Under the pieces are notes generated by a model that saw only the letters and a list, made by a program, of their open reading frames with translations, made no database searches and was not told where the DNA came from. A stretch of 64,000 bases of DNA from Lingula anatina. Its lineage: Eukaryota > Animalia > Brachiopoda. The number at the start of each line of letters is the position of its first letter. Position 1 is the first letter of the stretch. The stretch lies in contig CM120643.1 in NCBI GenBank assembly GCA_051362555.1, forward strand, positions 21,456,848-21,520,847, in the 5' to 3' direction. Below, in pieces: positions 1-34,300 of the stretch. The translations under genes and the position numbers were made by a program.

Positions 1-221
1 CTTAGAGGGAAAATTTGAGCAATAGATGTGATGTTTTATTCAGCATAAAACATGACTGATGGTTATAAATGCATTTTAACATTTACCGAATTTCAATGAA
101 ATGAAATTAATCAATAAAATTAACAAAATACCAAGCAAAGAGAAGCATCTTTATTAAATTCTCTGACACTATAAGTTATGACTAACTGAACAGTTTGGAG
201 GGTGTTGAATTCCTTTCACTA

Positions 222-21563
<21,342 letters not shown>

Positions 21564-23428
21564 GCTTATGTTGTGTTGCCTTGTTTGGTGTGTTATATTA
21601 GGGTTTTTTCTTGCCTTCTCTCTACATAGGTACGGGTAGGTATCACACTGTTGTTACTGCACCTTACATGGCTGCATGGGTGATCTTTAAGGCAACACTG
21701 AAATGAAGTTGTAATAATGAAGACATAGATAACAGGAACACATTACTTAGACTAATACCTAAATAAATTTATTTGCAGGAATAAATAATATCTGAAATCA
21801 AATGTGATTTCAAATCCTACTTTAAAAACTATCCAGTTTGCTGCTGTTTTTTTTTTTTTAAATCTCTTATTCATATTTGAAAGAAAGAACTACAGCGCAA
21901 ACTGATCATGAGAAACTCTTTTGGGTCTTCATTAATTTATAACCCATTTTATCAGATACCCTTAAAGGATCTGCCTGGCTGGCATAAAAAACTAACACAA
22001 CTTAAAATGAGATCAGCATTTTTTTCAAGCTTGTTCACATTAGGTTTCATTTAACTTGTTTCAGTTTGATATAAAAGGTGATCTAAAATCACACAAGAAG
22101 AAAGTTATTTTTTTTCCTGACCTATATACACTGATTTATCAGTATGAGTTCAACTGCAGAAACAAGTTGGTAAATCACCAGACCACGACATATCTTTATA
22201 GCCAACATTTCTCTGACACATTCCAAAAGTTAAACAATATACATTGTAATCATTGCAGTTATCAATTGACCTTAAAGTTGATTTACCAACACGCAATGTG
22301 CTTTTCATGGTTATAAAGACTATTCCAATAAAAAAATTCATCAATTGTTTCAATCATTCAGAAAACAATCTGGCACTATTTTTTTCAATCAAGTGGCAGC
22401 AAGGATATGAGGTACTTTTCTCAATATTTCAGTGTCCTTCAAGTCATTTTTACGAAATGAGCTTCTAAATGTTGACAAAGCCTCTACCTAAGGCCTGAGC
22501 AATCAGTCCCTCCCTCTATCCACTTTAACAGTAAGGGCACATCATCATTTCCAATCTAAGCTGACAAAGCTTCCACAGCTGCTTCACTTAACCTTTAAAC
22601 AGAACCACAACACACTACCACAGTTAAGATAAGACATCAAGAATACCATCAAGTAGTCCAGCTCAGACAAATGAATCAGATTTTATGATGCCCAAGGTAT
22701 TGCTTTGGAACTAAATCTATCTCAGGCCCAGTTGTGCATTAAAAACACAAGCCTGGAGGCCCAACAAACAGAAGTACACATGTTATCTTGTTCTATGGCA
22801 ATGACCTGCCTGTACTTTGCCTATAAGTGCAGTCTGCACTTTGTTGACTTTCATTTACTATAAACAGCAAAGAAAAAGTGCTGCTGACTCCAGCAAAAGT
22901 ACAAGTACTTTTCGAATAAAAAATTTGCCTCTACCGCAACCCCCCTAGATGACAAAGTGAACTCTACCTAGAGGAAGAGTTGAAAACGTTCCAAAAAAGG
23001 GGAGTTTGGAACAGTTCATTTTTTCCTGTGAACTTCCAATGAAAATGTGTTACTACTGACTGGAAAACTCAATTGAATTGAAAGTTTCAGCATTTGATAT
23101 TTTATTACTTCAGGCAGAGTTTAGACAATCAGTAAATGGCTTCTTATTTTTTCAACTTTTGGTGGGTTTCATTAAAGGAAAAGTAACAATAGTGATTGTG
23201 ATAAGGAGGGCAGCTACTGGCGCACTCAACCCAGTGATGTAATATATTAATGGGTAACATATCTAGTATTCCTTATTACTCTGAAGAGACCTAGAAGTAT
23301 CTAGAAGACCAATTGTGTAAGCATAAATGTAAAAGACAAGTGATGTACAAATGATGAGAAAAGAAAATCTCAAGTACATTTAGGGCCCTTTTTTTTTTAC
23401 CTGTCAACATTAAGATGTTCATACTGTA

Positions 23429-25315
23429 CAGTCTGCGAAATAAGCGGTTGTCCGATTGCCCGGGACAACTAAAAAGTACGTCGGGCAACTTAAAATTACG
23501 AAGTTGTTGTCCAGTCGGGCAACTGAATAATTTATGGACATAAAGAGTAAATCTTTGTCAAAATCTACACAGAAAACAAAATTTTAGGTTAACCTAAATC
23601 GTATGTTTTCCACAAGATTCACTGTCGCAGTAACCGACCTGCTGACTTCGACGTGTTTGTGCAGAATCTCTGTTGCTATTATTAGATCTACAGTTATTTA
23701 TAGCACTGCCAGTAGCTGGTCGTTTAGACAGGAAGATGACGTAATGCCTGGGGAGGTGGGGGGGGGGTGTCATGTTTGCCGCTTTTTCATTGGTCGAAAT
23801 GAAACAATGGCGGACATTACATCAAAATCATTGCGCTTCTATCTACCGCGTGTTTCTCTATCCAACTTTCGTCATGGAGAAGTTTCTGAAATATTTTGAC
23901 GGTGCAAACCCCGGATAAAGGTTACCCTAACAAACAGCTGAGCCAGAAATGTCAAAGAAAAAGAAATTATACGAAATTAAACAGATACACGCCGAAGAGG
24001 ATTCTACCGTCACGGCAATCCAGGCGCACTTGCATTTTTGACAGCATAGCTCAGCGTGCAAAGCATGCTGTCAAGGAGATTCTTCACCTTTCGTTCAAGG
24101 CAAAACCTCACTACAGTAAGATGGCATTAAGAAGCACAAATCCTCAGAGCCGCACGTCAAAGCGACGGCGCGAGTGCTGGCGGCTCCTGCTGCTAGAAGG
24201 CAGAATCTGAACGTCTAGTCTAGGAGTTTTAATGAGAACATGTAAGTTTCAATTTTTTAATTTTTTTAAATTTGTACTTGTTCTTGTTTTCTGCTTTTAA
24301 GTATTTTAACTTCTTTTTAATAAAAGATAAAAGTGAAATTCTGATGACGATTGATTTGTTTTTAAACAAGCACTTTTTCTGGAAAGAGAAGAATTAGTCT
24401 TCCAATTTTTTTTTTCATTTTTATGGTACTGTATGATATTTTGTATTGAATTATTTACTTGTCTTTTCTAGCAGGAGGTAGTTACAGATTCTTTGGTTAC
24501 TTCAATGGGGAATGATGAAGATGAATTTGATGAAGTAGATGAGATCTATGAAGATGGAAGAAAACAGTGTTTTTATTTTTTTGTCCTTCAGAGACTAGTC
24601 TAAACCAGACATTTCATTATGTTTAATAAAGTGACATTCCTTCTTATATACAGACACTCTATATTCTGATCACCCTGTCTGTCCATGCTGTCCAACATGT
24701 CTTGTACTTCCTATATCATTATTACAAAGGTGAAGATGAATGTGATGAAGTAAATGAGATGGAGATGGCAGAAAATGCAGCATTTTAATTGTTTACTATG
24801 ATAATTGTACATATAATAAATTAATGTGTCCACATTTCAAACTAAGTTAATAGACTAAGAGGCAGAGAAATGGAGAATGCTATTACACTTTGCTAGCAGG
24901 AAATATATAGAAAAATATTCTTCATTTATGATTTTGGCTTGTTTTCAAATCTTTACCTGGAATGCCTTCTTTTACTAGAAAATATTCTAGTATTTGTACA
25001 ATATGTATGATGATGTATAGTTGTTCTTAAAATAATTGTTTGTGGGAAGGAAGACGTAACCAAATGCTGCATTGTTGCTGTTGAGGTTCTTTAACATTAA
25101 ACTGCTCATCATCTGTTTATTTGCATACATTAATCTGTTTAAAGCTACAAAGCGCATGTTAGCCTTCACCCCGCTGAAATAAAAAGGGATCTAGGAAGTT
25201 TTCTATTAGTTTTCTTCGATTTATTTGGGCAACCAAAAGTGAATGGGGGCAACCAAAAAATTTTAAATGGTTGTCCGATGGGACAACCACTCTAAAAAGC
25301 TTATTTCACAGACTG
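23429..25315 (+). mobile_element. Non-autonomous hAT-superfamily DNA transposon (hAT5-like), internal deletion derivative
   Basis: 17-bp TIR CAGTCTGCGAAATAAGC / GCTTATTTCACAGACTG (1 mismatch); 5-bp TSD CTGTA (23424-23428 and 25316-25320); subterminal GGGCAAC/GGACAAC repeats. Confidence 0.88.
24054..24218 (+). pseudogene. Transposase relic with a TTF-type zinc finger
   Basis: Translates as ACKACCQGDSSPFVQGKTSLQ*DGIKKHKSSEPHVKA...; the CxxC...FxxG...HxxSxxH spacing is typical of hAT transposase N-termini; in-frame stop. Confidence 0.7.
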
Positions 25316-27149
25316 CTGTATTTCACTGTATGTGTTAAAAATGACACTTTTCTCATTTTTTGGACTATAAATTAAATTGAAAGTAAAATTAAATTGAATT
25401 AAATTAAATTACTTAAATTTTAAGCCTCCTCTCAGGCAGACTGAACCTATTTTAAACCATTAAAACAGAGCCACTGAGAGCATGTTAGACATAATTCCTT
25501 ATACAAGACCTCATATCAAATCAAACTCAATATGATTCATGCTGGCCCTAAACAACAGCGATGGTTAAATGACAGACCCACAATGACAGACAAAATACTG
25601 CAGTATAATGAAAGCATTTAATTCCTGAACTGTTCATGAACTCTACATAAAGCATGTATACCATACAACATTACCACAGGCACAACATCTGCCATCAAAT
25701 TAGGTACCAAACAATCAATAACATTATATTTTGTTTGAAAGGCCTATAAATTAATTAAAACCATTCTTCTTATTATTTTACTTTTATACTAGTAAACTTG
25801 GTGTCCCTTAATTGTGTAATACCTTGCAATACAGAACAATACACTTGAAAACAAATGCAGTTGCAATTTAACAAAGAAAACGGTCACTTCCAACAAAATA
25901 AGGTGATTTAAAAGCAAAATATTTGACTAGATTATAAATATTGTTGATATAACTTAGCACATCGTCAGCCATGTTGCCTTGTGACTCTTTTTGACAATAT
26001 TACCCACCAAAAAGAGCCACTAGTCAACATGACAGCTGACCTGACCATAAACAAATTGTGCCAATTTGTTAAGTTGTATCAATGCTATTAATTATTTAGT
26101 AATATATTTCGCTTATATATATCACCCTATTTTGTTTGGAATGGCAATTTTTACTCATGACTGGACTTGTTTTTTCAAGTGTATTGCACTGTGTTGCGAT
26201 GTATTGCCCTGTATTGTACAATTTAGGGATACCTTAGTAAACTCATTAGTGTTATACCCACACACCCCTTTTAAACACACTAAATCTTCTGCAATGTACA
26301 AGTTGGTCTTGATATCAGTCTTGTATACAAAACAAATATCCCAACATGCAGGAATAAAGATGAACTCTTCCTTCTTATCACATAGGTAAAATTGGTAGCA
26401 GAAGGTGAAAGAGAACAGATGTTCTCGATTTGAACTGTTTAAATGGGAAAAAATTGGCATAGAAATCATTTCACCTTCAAGGGCAATAAAAGACTAATGA
26501 CATTTCAATGGACATACACCTTAAACCTTGGAGTTGGAATTTTATGGAAATTAAACTGCTTATCATATAATATATACATAAACTGGGAGGCCATCTTTGT
26601 CAGTCATTTTCTTGGAAATGCTTTACTTTGTATGACTTGCAATCTGTAGAGGAATTTTAAGTCTTTTAACATTCAAGCTTAACACATTATCATTATCTGA
26701 AATTTTATTTTCAATGGTAGATTCTGGCACAGGTATAGTAGGGATATGGGCAACAAGTAAAGAAGCAAAACCCTAAACCTCTCTATTAAAAAAAATTCCA
26801 ACTAAATTTTAAAACCTGTTCTAGCACGAGTAATACATTTATAAATGTAGAAACAAGAGGGCTTGAATATCTTTGCCATTTAGCATTCATAACTGAAGAG
26901 CCAGTCTTTACACAGTTTTACCTGATGATTTGCAGTAACCTGCAGTTACAGCATAAACAAAAACAAAGAATCAATAGACCTTGCTTATTGTATACAACAG
27001 TCTTTTTGTAGACATACACTCCACCTGCCAAGAGGGCTTGCCTTAGCTGCACATTAAAAACATAAGAGTACAGATATTTTTCCTTACACAATTCCATTTT
27101 TTTCTATAGCTTTTAAGACCAATGTTAATTGATTTTTATCCACTATAGA

Positions 27150-27151
<2 letters not shown>

Positions 27152-27193
<42 letters not shown>
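27152..27193. repeat. (GT)n microsatellite
   Basis: Directly visible. Confidence 0.95.
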
Positions 27194-27195
<2 letters not shown>

Positions 27196-28501
27196 ATCCA
27201 ACCTTGCTTAAACCACCATGCCTTATAATTTAAAAAAAAACTTTACTGGGATAATGTAAAATCACAGAATTATTATTCACAATTACAAAAACCAGAATGG
27301 AACTCGACCTGTATGTCAGACCCACAACTTTCATATAATCAGAAAGTTACCCTGTCCACAAAACCCTGAATCATCAGAAAATTTTGTTTCAATTATTATT
27401 CAATTGCACGAAATAGTTCGATAATGCCCAGTTTTAAACATGACCTGCATTTTAGGTCAATGAGTGAACAAAGTGAGTTGCAAGCAAAACGGCAAAGATT
27501 GCCTCCCAGTTATTGCGCTACCAAGGATGTGAACGACTCTGTCTACCACTCCATCAACATAGACACTGATGGAGACAGATGACAACGATTGCCAGTATTG
27601 CATGCATATAAAAGCAGACAATGACTTCTTAGGTAAAAGAAAGATATATATATATATATATATATACATTTATTTCACTGAGGCATGAACATGCGAACTA
27701 CTCCTGAAATCAGGTTATATGCATGCTTAATACAGAATAAAACAGAAGAAAAGATTACTAGTAAATATACCACAAACTTATAGACCTGCTAAGCTGTTTG
27801 TGATGCAGGATTTTAAAAACAATCATCAGGTCTACATCTCCTGTTCCATTCTCTGAGGTATACTGAGTAAAATACTAGTATATGTATCCACAAGTTCCAT
27901 TACACCTGACCTGAGTCTGACACTCTTATGAAAGAGTACCATTACTACCAAGATAGAAGCTACACAGACAAACAACCAACAGGTGAAGTTAAATCAAGCT
28001 AACCAGACAAAAATTCACACCTAGAGTTTCTGAGCGTGGGTGATGGCTTTCTTATTTCTAAAAGAGGCAAGTCTTCAGTAGACTCTGGATAGACATACAC
28101 AAAATTAGACAGAGACCTGCAACTGGATACAGTGTTTTGAATGAATGAAATGAGGTCATGTTGACATAAGGCAAAGATATCAAAAGTGTGCTTTTAAAGT
28201 TTCCTTGTTAACTGCCAATTATTCTTTTCTATGCCTTTAAATATATCTACACACTGGTATAAAAGAGAAAACTTGCAATAAAAACAGAACTTACTACTAC
28301 ATGCAAATTTTGAAAGGTTCAAATTATATCTTGCACTTGGCTCTACACTTATGTCTTGGGTTGCTCCTTAAAATTAGGAGCTTGAGGTTTAAAGGAATTG
28401 TTTCCTTACAAAATAATTTCAAACTAGTCCTATACTGCAACCCTTCTCAACGCAGCCGCTCACTTAAGATTATGACGGTAAGTCACTATCTACGCACTTA
28501 T

Positions 28502-28669
28502 CAGGGGCGGATTTAGGGCGTCTTCTGGGAGTTCCGGAAGATGGTCAGATTTTCATGTTTACGTTGACAGGTATCTAATATTTTCTGTCAGAAGACGGTC
28601 AAAAATGGAGGATGGATTAACAAAGATAATTTGGAAGACTGTCAGAAAATATCTTTGGATCCGCCCCTG
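28502..28669. mobile_element. 168-bp MITE (CAGGGGCGGAT TIR)
   Basis: CAGGGGCGGAT ... ATCCGCCCCTG; flanks CTTAT/CTTAA (4/5 match); internal GAAGAYGGTCA repeats. Confidence 0.8.
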
Positions 28670-30835
28670 CTTAAGTTATATATTAAATTGATCACAGAAC
28701 GTCAGATGACATCAAAAGACCCTTAGCAGTGACTGGTTATATTTGCATCATAACATCATATAATGTAAGACAGCTTACCTGTTCCTCGTTATATTTTTGG
28801 GGAAGAGATTAATTTTGTTTTTTCAATCCAATCTGATAAGTCATCTAAAATTACTAAATTCATGTCTACCTGGTATAATATAAATGGGCTAACTAAACAG
28901 TTGTCTATGAATTTCTAAGCTGCATTCTTTACCTGTAATGCGGTTCCCCATGGAACAATTTACATTGGAACACTACCTTACAGTTGAAGATAAAAATGAC
29001 AACAATGTACATATCAAACCACATACTTGTAATTTTCTGGATACAGAAATATAACACAGATATCATTTGGTTTCACCTCACACCTGATGTTTCCTTTTCT
29101 GAGAATTTGTTTATTTAAATGGTGACTTACGCACTAAATCAATATATATGCTTTTAAAACCAGTATAAGATCACATGACAATCCCTACATAACATAGACC
29201 ACATATCGATTTTGCAACACCTGCATCTTAAATTAACAGTCATTCCATTACTAGTATGGAATTTCTTTCTTTTATCACCAATTAACCAAAGAATCCAAAA
29301 GTGGCATTTTCATCACTTAAAGTTATTATGGTATTCACAACACAAACATTTTAATTCCATAAGGGGCAAATTCAATAGACTAACTGAGAGGACCACTGAT
29401 TGAGCTGCCTGAGCCAGTGGTAGTTCTCTTAAATTATTATTACTTTTTCAGTAGAAAAGGATTTGGCCACTTGACTATTTGTACACTGTTCTTATGAACA
29501 GTGTTGCTTTAATTTTTTTAAAGAAGTTACAATTAAATATTTCATCCACTCAAACTGAATTCCTCTTAAATTTTTTTTTTTAATATTTTATGTTTTAGTT
29601 ACTTACCAAGAACTAACTTTTATTCTTTACAGTATATGTACTAATCAATTTGTAAGTGCAAATTTATATAATAATAATCATAGATAAGTATGAGAGTAGA
29701 ACATGTACAGTACACACAAATAACATTAAAATTTTTATCCTCTCTGATTTAAAAAATATATATATATATATATATTCAGAGGGCTTTTCCACAATATTTA
29801 TTTTACACATCCAAAAAATATTTCCAATAGAACTTTTTAACACTTCTATCTCTATCAATTCATTTCCAAAAAGTTAAAAGAGGTGAAATGCTCATTTTCT
29901 ATTATATATAAGTCTGATATGGAGAACATGAAACAACCATTGGCATTCTCTTTACTGATGATCATTTTAAGGCTTGTAGAATGAACCCACACTGCAACTA
30001 CAAAATAATCTTTTCTATTTACATCTTCAACATCAAGCAGGGTATCTTTTAAGTCCCATAGTATTGTTCTCAGGTGCTAGCAAAGAATTCTTTTAATTAT
30101 TTTAACAACCTCACAGAGCATCATCACCACAAATCTCTGACCTGGCCTAATAAAAGTTACTTTTTAACATAGACACATCCCATAATGTCTTTCTTGGTAA
30201 GGTTATCATATGTCCTTATTATTTTTTATCTGAAATTTGTGTGGTTGTAAAATGAGTGTATTGAAAAGGAAAAGCTACGTTTTTATAACACGGACATACT
30301 TATATACTGTATATTAAAGGGGTGTTGCTAGTAGCTTGAGTAGTACTTGTGTCCTGCCGTTGTCACCTACTAACACGAACAAGCTCAGTATATACGTATA
30401 TGTGAGATACTTCAGAAGAGTCTAGAGTAGAGAGCTATGTACTTCGTTTTGCAATCCGTTTGTCTTCCTGTACGGCACCAATGAGTGAATATCAAAATAA
30501 AAAAGTCTGAAATATCTTCAGCAGTTTTTTTGTTTTGTGCTAATTGAATTAAGATGTGTTGGACTTATATAAGTACAAAGTCACTCACTAACACGGTTTG
30601 TTTTATTCTGTCAATGTCATCTGTCAAGTTTTGTCTAAAATTTCGATTGCTGGTTCTAGCAGTATTTTTGTTTCGAGCCAACATTACTACGTAGATATCC
30701 AACTTAATCTTCAGCACCTTAACCATGTTTTGTTAAAGCTGACTTGTTTTGTATCACCTCAACTATGTGCTACAAGTCTGATTAAATAAAACACTGAGGT
30801 GCTTATTTCCTTGCGGAACTTATTCGAATACAAAC

Positions 30836-31350
30836 AGCGCCATATTGAAACTTGACATAATGATACGCCTTTAAATCTAGATTAGCTGCAATAAATTTTA
30901 CCCGTGAGGCTTCAACAAATATCTAGTGATCACCTACCAATTAAGTTTTCGCTGTAAATATCCTTGTAATTGTGTTATATGTCGTTTTTCTAATCGAATT
31001 GCTCTGTTGTCGACGACCACCATATTATGTCACGTGAACAACTACGTAAGTTAAAAAGTCAGGATTACTTTTAGGGGTGGAACCAAACGACATTTTTTGT
31101 AAAATTATTTCACTTAAAGTACTCAGTGCATATAATTACTTAATTAAAAACGCTGAAGGCCATTTCAAAATTTTACTTTTACAATATATGGTGTTTTACA
31201 GATTCAATCCTATTTTTATATTCTTCCGGAAACGGTAAAATGGGAAGCGTGGTGAAACACCTTGTCGTGGATTCTGGTGCATTTATCAGAAATGCGCCCA
31301 TTAAAGTGAGTAAAAAGTGATAAGTGCTTGTTCGGAAATCAGTCACGTGC
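30836..31350. promoter_or_regulatory. Probable bidirectional promoter of the E3 ligase and NOB1
   Basis: Local CpG enrichment; E-boxes GTCACGTG at ~31029 and ~31342; ETS-like CTTCCGGAA ~31223; YY1-like CAATATGGCGC (minus, ~30837-30847); candidate minus-strand noncoding first-exon donor TTG|GTAGGT at 30938. Confidence 0.55.
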
Positions 31351-34300
31351 TGTTCTACATGTGTTAATCTTTTATCATGTTCATTGATTTGGTCGACATA
31401 CTGAAATTTACTAAATACCAAGCAGTGCACTGCCCACATGTGTATCACATTTTTAATTTTTATTTGACTTGTGTCTGTGCTGTAAGTGGCATGGCGCCGT
31501 GCCATTGTCACTAGTACTCTGCCCATTCATGTACCAGGGCACATACTTAATATAGTCATAAATCATGATGCTAGGGGCACCTTTCAGTACAGCAGATAAA
31601 AGTTAGTTTAGTGGTGTGTTCGCTTTGGGTGATCAGGACACCCCCTCCCTCCCACACACCCGACACACACAAACACACACACACACACACTCCTTGTTCA
31701 GTCTTAAGATGAAACCCTTGAATTGAGTGAGAGATGTAGTTTTATATGTTATGGGTAGTTCATGGTAGAAGACTGGTATTTAGACTTAAGTTAACTGATA
31801 AACGTTAAGCTATATTCAATGAGATACCAAGTCTGCTTTCCCAGAGATTTAGATTGATCTAGAGATTAAGATTTAGATCAACCTAACTCCCTGGGGGTTC
31901 ACGCTAAGTTGCAGTCAGCCGAGCGGCACCATAGTTAATTACCCCCTTACAGCTTTTAGTAGGCGTGACAGACGCTTAAGCCGGCCAAGCTGACAGTAAT
32001 CTAGTGGGACTCCCCACAGGGATAGATCGATCTAAAAGTCTATGGAAATGGGGTGTTAGTTTTGAGCTATTCCCCCCAAAAAAAACGCTGATGGGCTCCA
32101 TTAAGCACATTTTGACAAAATATAGCTTTTCCATGTTAAGAACTTAACCACTACATCATAGTGAGTTACAACACTGTAAGTTTATGAAACCAGATATGAG
32201 ATTCAGAATTATTTTTCTTTTGTTTTCCAGGACATTGGGGAGACTGTGTACACTATTGAGGAGGTGGTAAATGAGATAAGGGACAAGGCAACCAAGCAGA
32301 GGCTGCAGGTTCTACCCTATGATCTCAAGTTTAGGAGTCCATCAACTGAGGCTATTAAATTTGGTAATTTTTTTTACTTAGGTTTACAGACTTCAGCATA
32401 TTTAATATGTATATATTGATTTACTTAAGTATCTATGGCTAACTATGGGTGCATTCCCAGATATTTAGATTGATCCAGAGATTTAGATTTAGATCAACCT
32501 AACTCCCTGGGGGTTCACGCTAAATTGCAGTCAGCCAAGTGCGCACCATAGTTAATTACCCCCTTACAGCTTTTAGTAGGCGGGATAGACGCTTAAGCTG
32601 GCTAAGCTGACAGAAATCTAGTGAGACTCCCCACAGGGATAGATTGATCTAAAATCTATGGGAATGGGGTCTATGATTATAAATTTTGAAATGTAACTAT
32701 AATGAATGTTGCAGGATAAATGGGTCAAAGTTTTTCAGTTTCAAATATTTTCCCTGAAAAAACTCGTTTTTTTTTTTTTTTTTTTGTTAAAACTTGCTTT
32801 GGAAAAAAAAAGTATTGTCAGATGGGTTTTCTCTCAAGTTGAAGAATATATTGTATTGTATAAATTATAACTCTATTCATTTGTTTTCAGTGACAGAGTT
32901 TTCAAAAAGAACAGGGGACTATGCCAGTCTCTCGGCTGTAGATCTGCAAGTCTTGGCACTTGCTTATCAACTGGAAAAAGAAAAAGTTGGGACGGATCAT
33001 ATCAGACTTCAGCCTCCCAAGAAGGTAGGACTCTAAGAATCTATTGCCTTAAAGCAGAAACAGTGACCACAAGTGTTCTAACTTGCAAAATTATACTATG
33101 CTGCCATGAAAACTTTTTGACATTTTGTGTGTTGCCAATATGAATATTACAGACTGAACAAAGCACTTGCCAGGTTGCCAGTGCTAGAGCTTCTCTGTTC
33201 TGATACTTCATTTCACAAACCCAAACTGTCAAGTATGCCCTGCAAAGAATTTCATCGATCAGCTGTGTCATGTTTTATCCTGGTCAGTCTTTTAAGTCTT
33301 GGTCATTTCAGGAGCAATGGACAGCTACAAAGGGTCATCTGGAGAAGCCAACTGCCATAGCGGGTTTTTACCTTGGGTCAGGAAAGGTCTGTATTCAGGA
33401 AATGTTAGGGCAAGTCCTCGGACCCAGTGTTTTAAAGATGTCCACATCATCATCATCATCAGTGCTCTTCGTCCCGTGTGGTTAGGGACAACTTTAAAAT
33501 ATTTAACCACACATACTGGATATTAAAACTTCATCACTTCATTATGTTTAAGTTAGCCCATTTCAGACATATCTTGGAAATTTCATCACAGTCCCCCTAT
33601 AATGTTTTGCACAATGTTGCTAACAGACAGACAAACTAAGAAACAAACAAACAAACAAAAAAAAACCTACTTGGGCAGAAGTAGTTTACTTTTAACAATT
33701 GTTAATTGATTTTGTGCAGGCGTCATCTGTGCCAATTTGATGTGAAAGGACAAGAATGCAAAAAAAAAAAAATTAATAAAAAAAAGGCCTCATGGTTATT
33801 CCTGTTATATGTGCAGTAATGGTTATACATTATCACACAGATCTCGATTCAGAATTTTGATACGTGTGATACGTGATAACTATCAAGTTACAAAAAGTCT
33901 CAGTGTTTTGTTCAAATATGAAATATTTCATATGATATGCAGATTTACTATTCTCTATATTTAAGACAACAAAAAGCAGGACAACATCAGAAAGTTCTGC
34001 ATCCAGTGAAGCTGCCAGACAGGTTACCCAGATGAACTTGGATGAACCTGAACATGCAGAGGCAGCAGACAATAGCAATAATTCTTTGGAAACAGAAGAA
34101 ACCACAATGAACTCTAACACAAATTCAGACCTTTTTGTTCAGACAGAACAGAACAGTTCACACTCATTGGAGAACATGATATCAGATAAAAAGTCACATG
34201 ATGCAGACCAAAGGACTCCATTGGCTGACAAGTCTGATGATAAGTCACATGATTCAAAGCAAGTTGTTTCATTGGCTGATGGAGATACATTAACTGATGA

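Noticed and set aside
23401-23422. ATG-MNILMLT with a phase-1 donor next to the hAT element, as the ligase first coding exon
   Set aside because: Exon 21563-21512 has a stronger donor (GTAAGT) and matches the ITCH/Su(dx) N-terminus (MGDSG...QLSVT) much better
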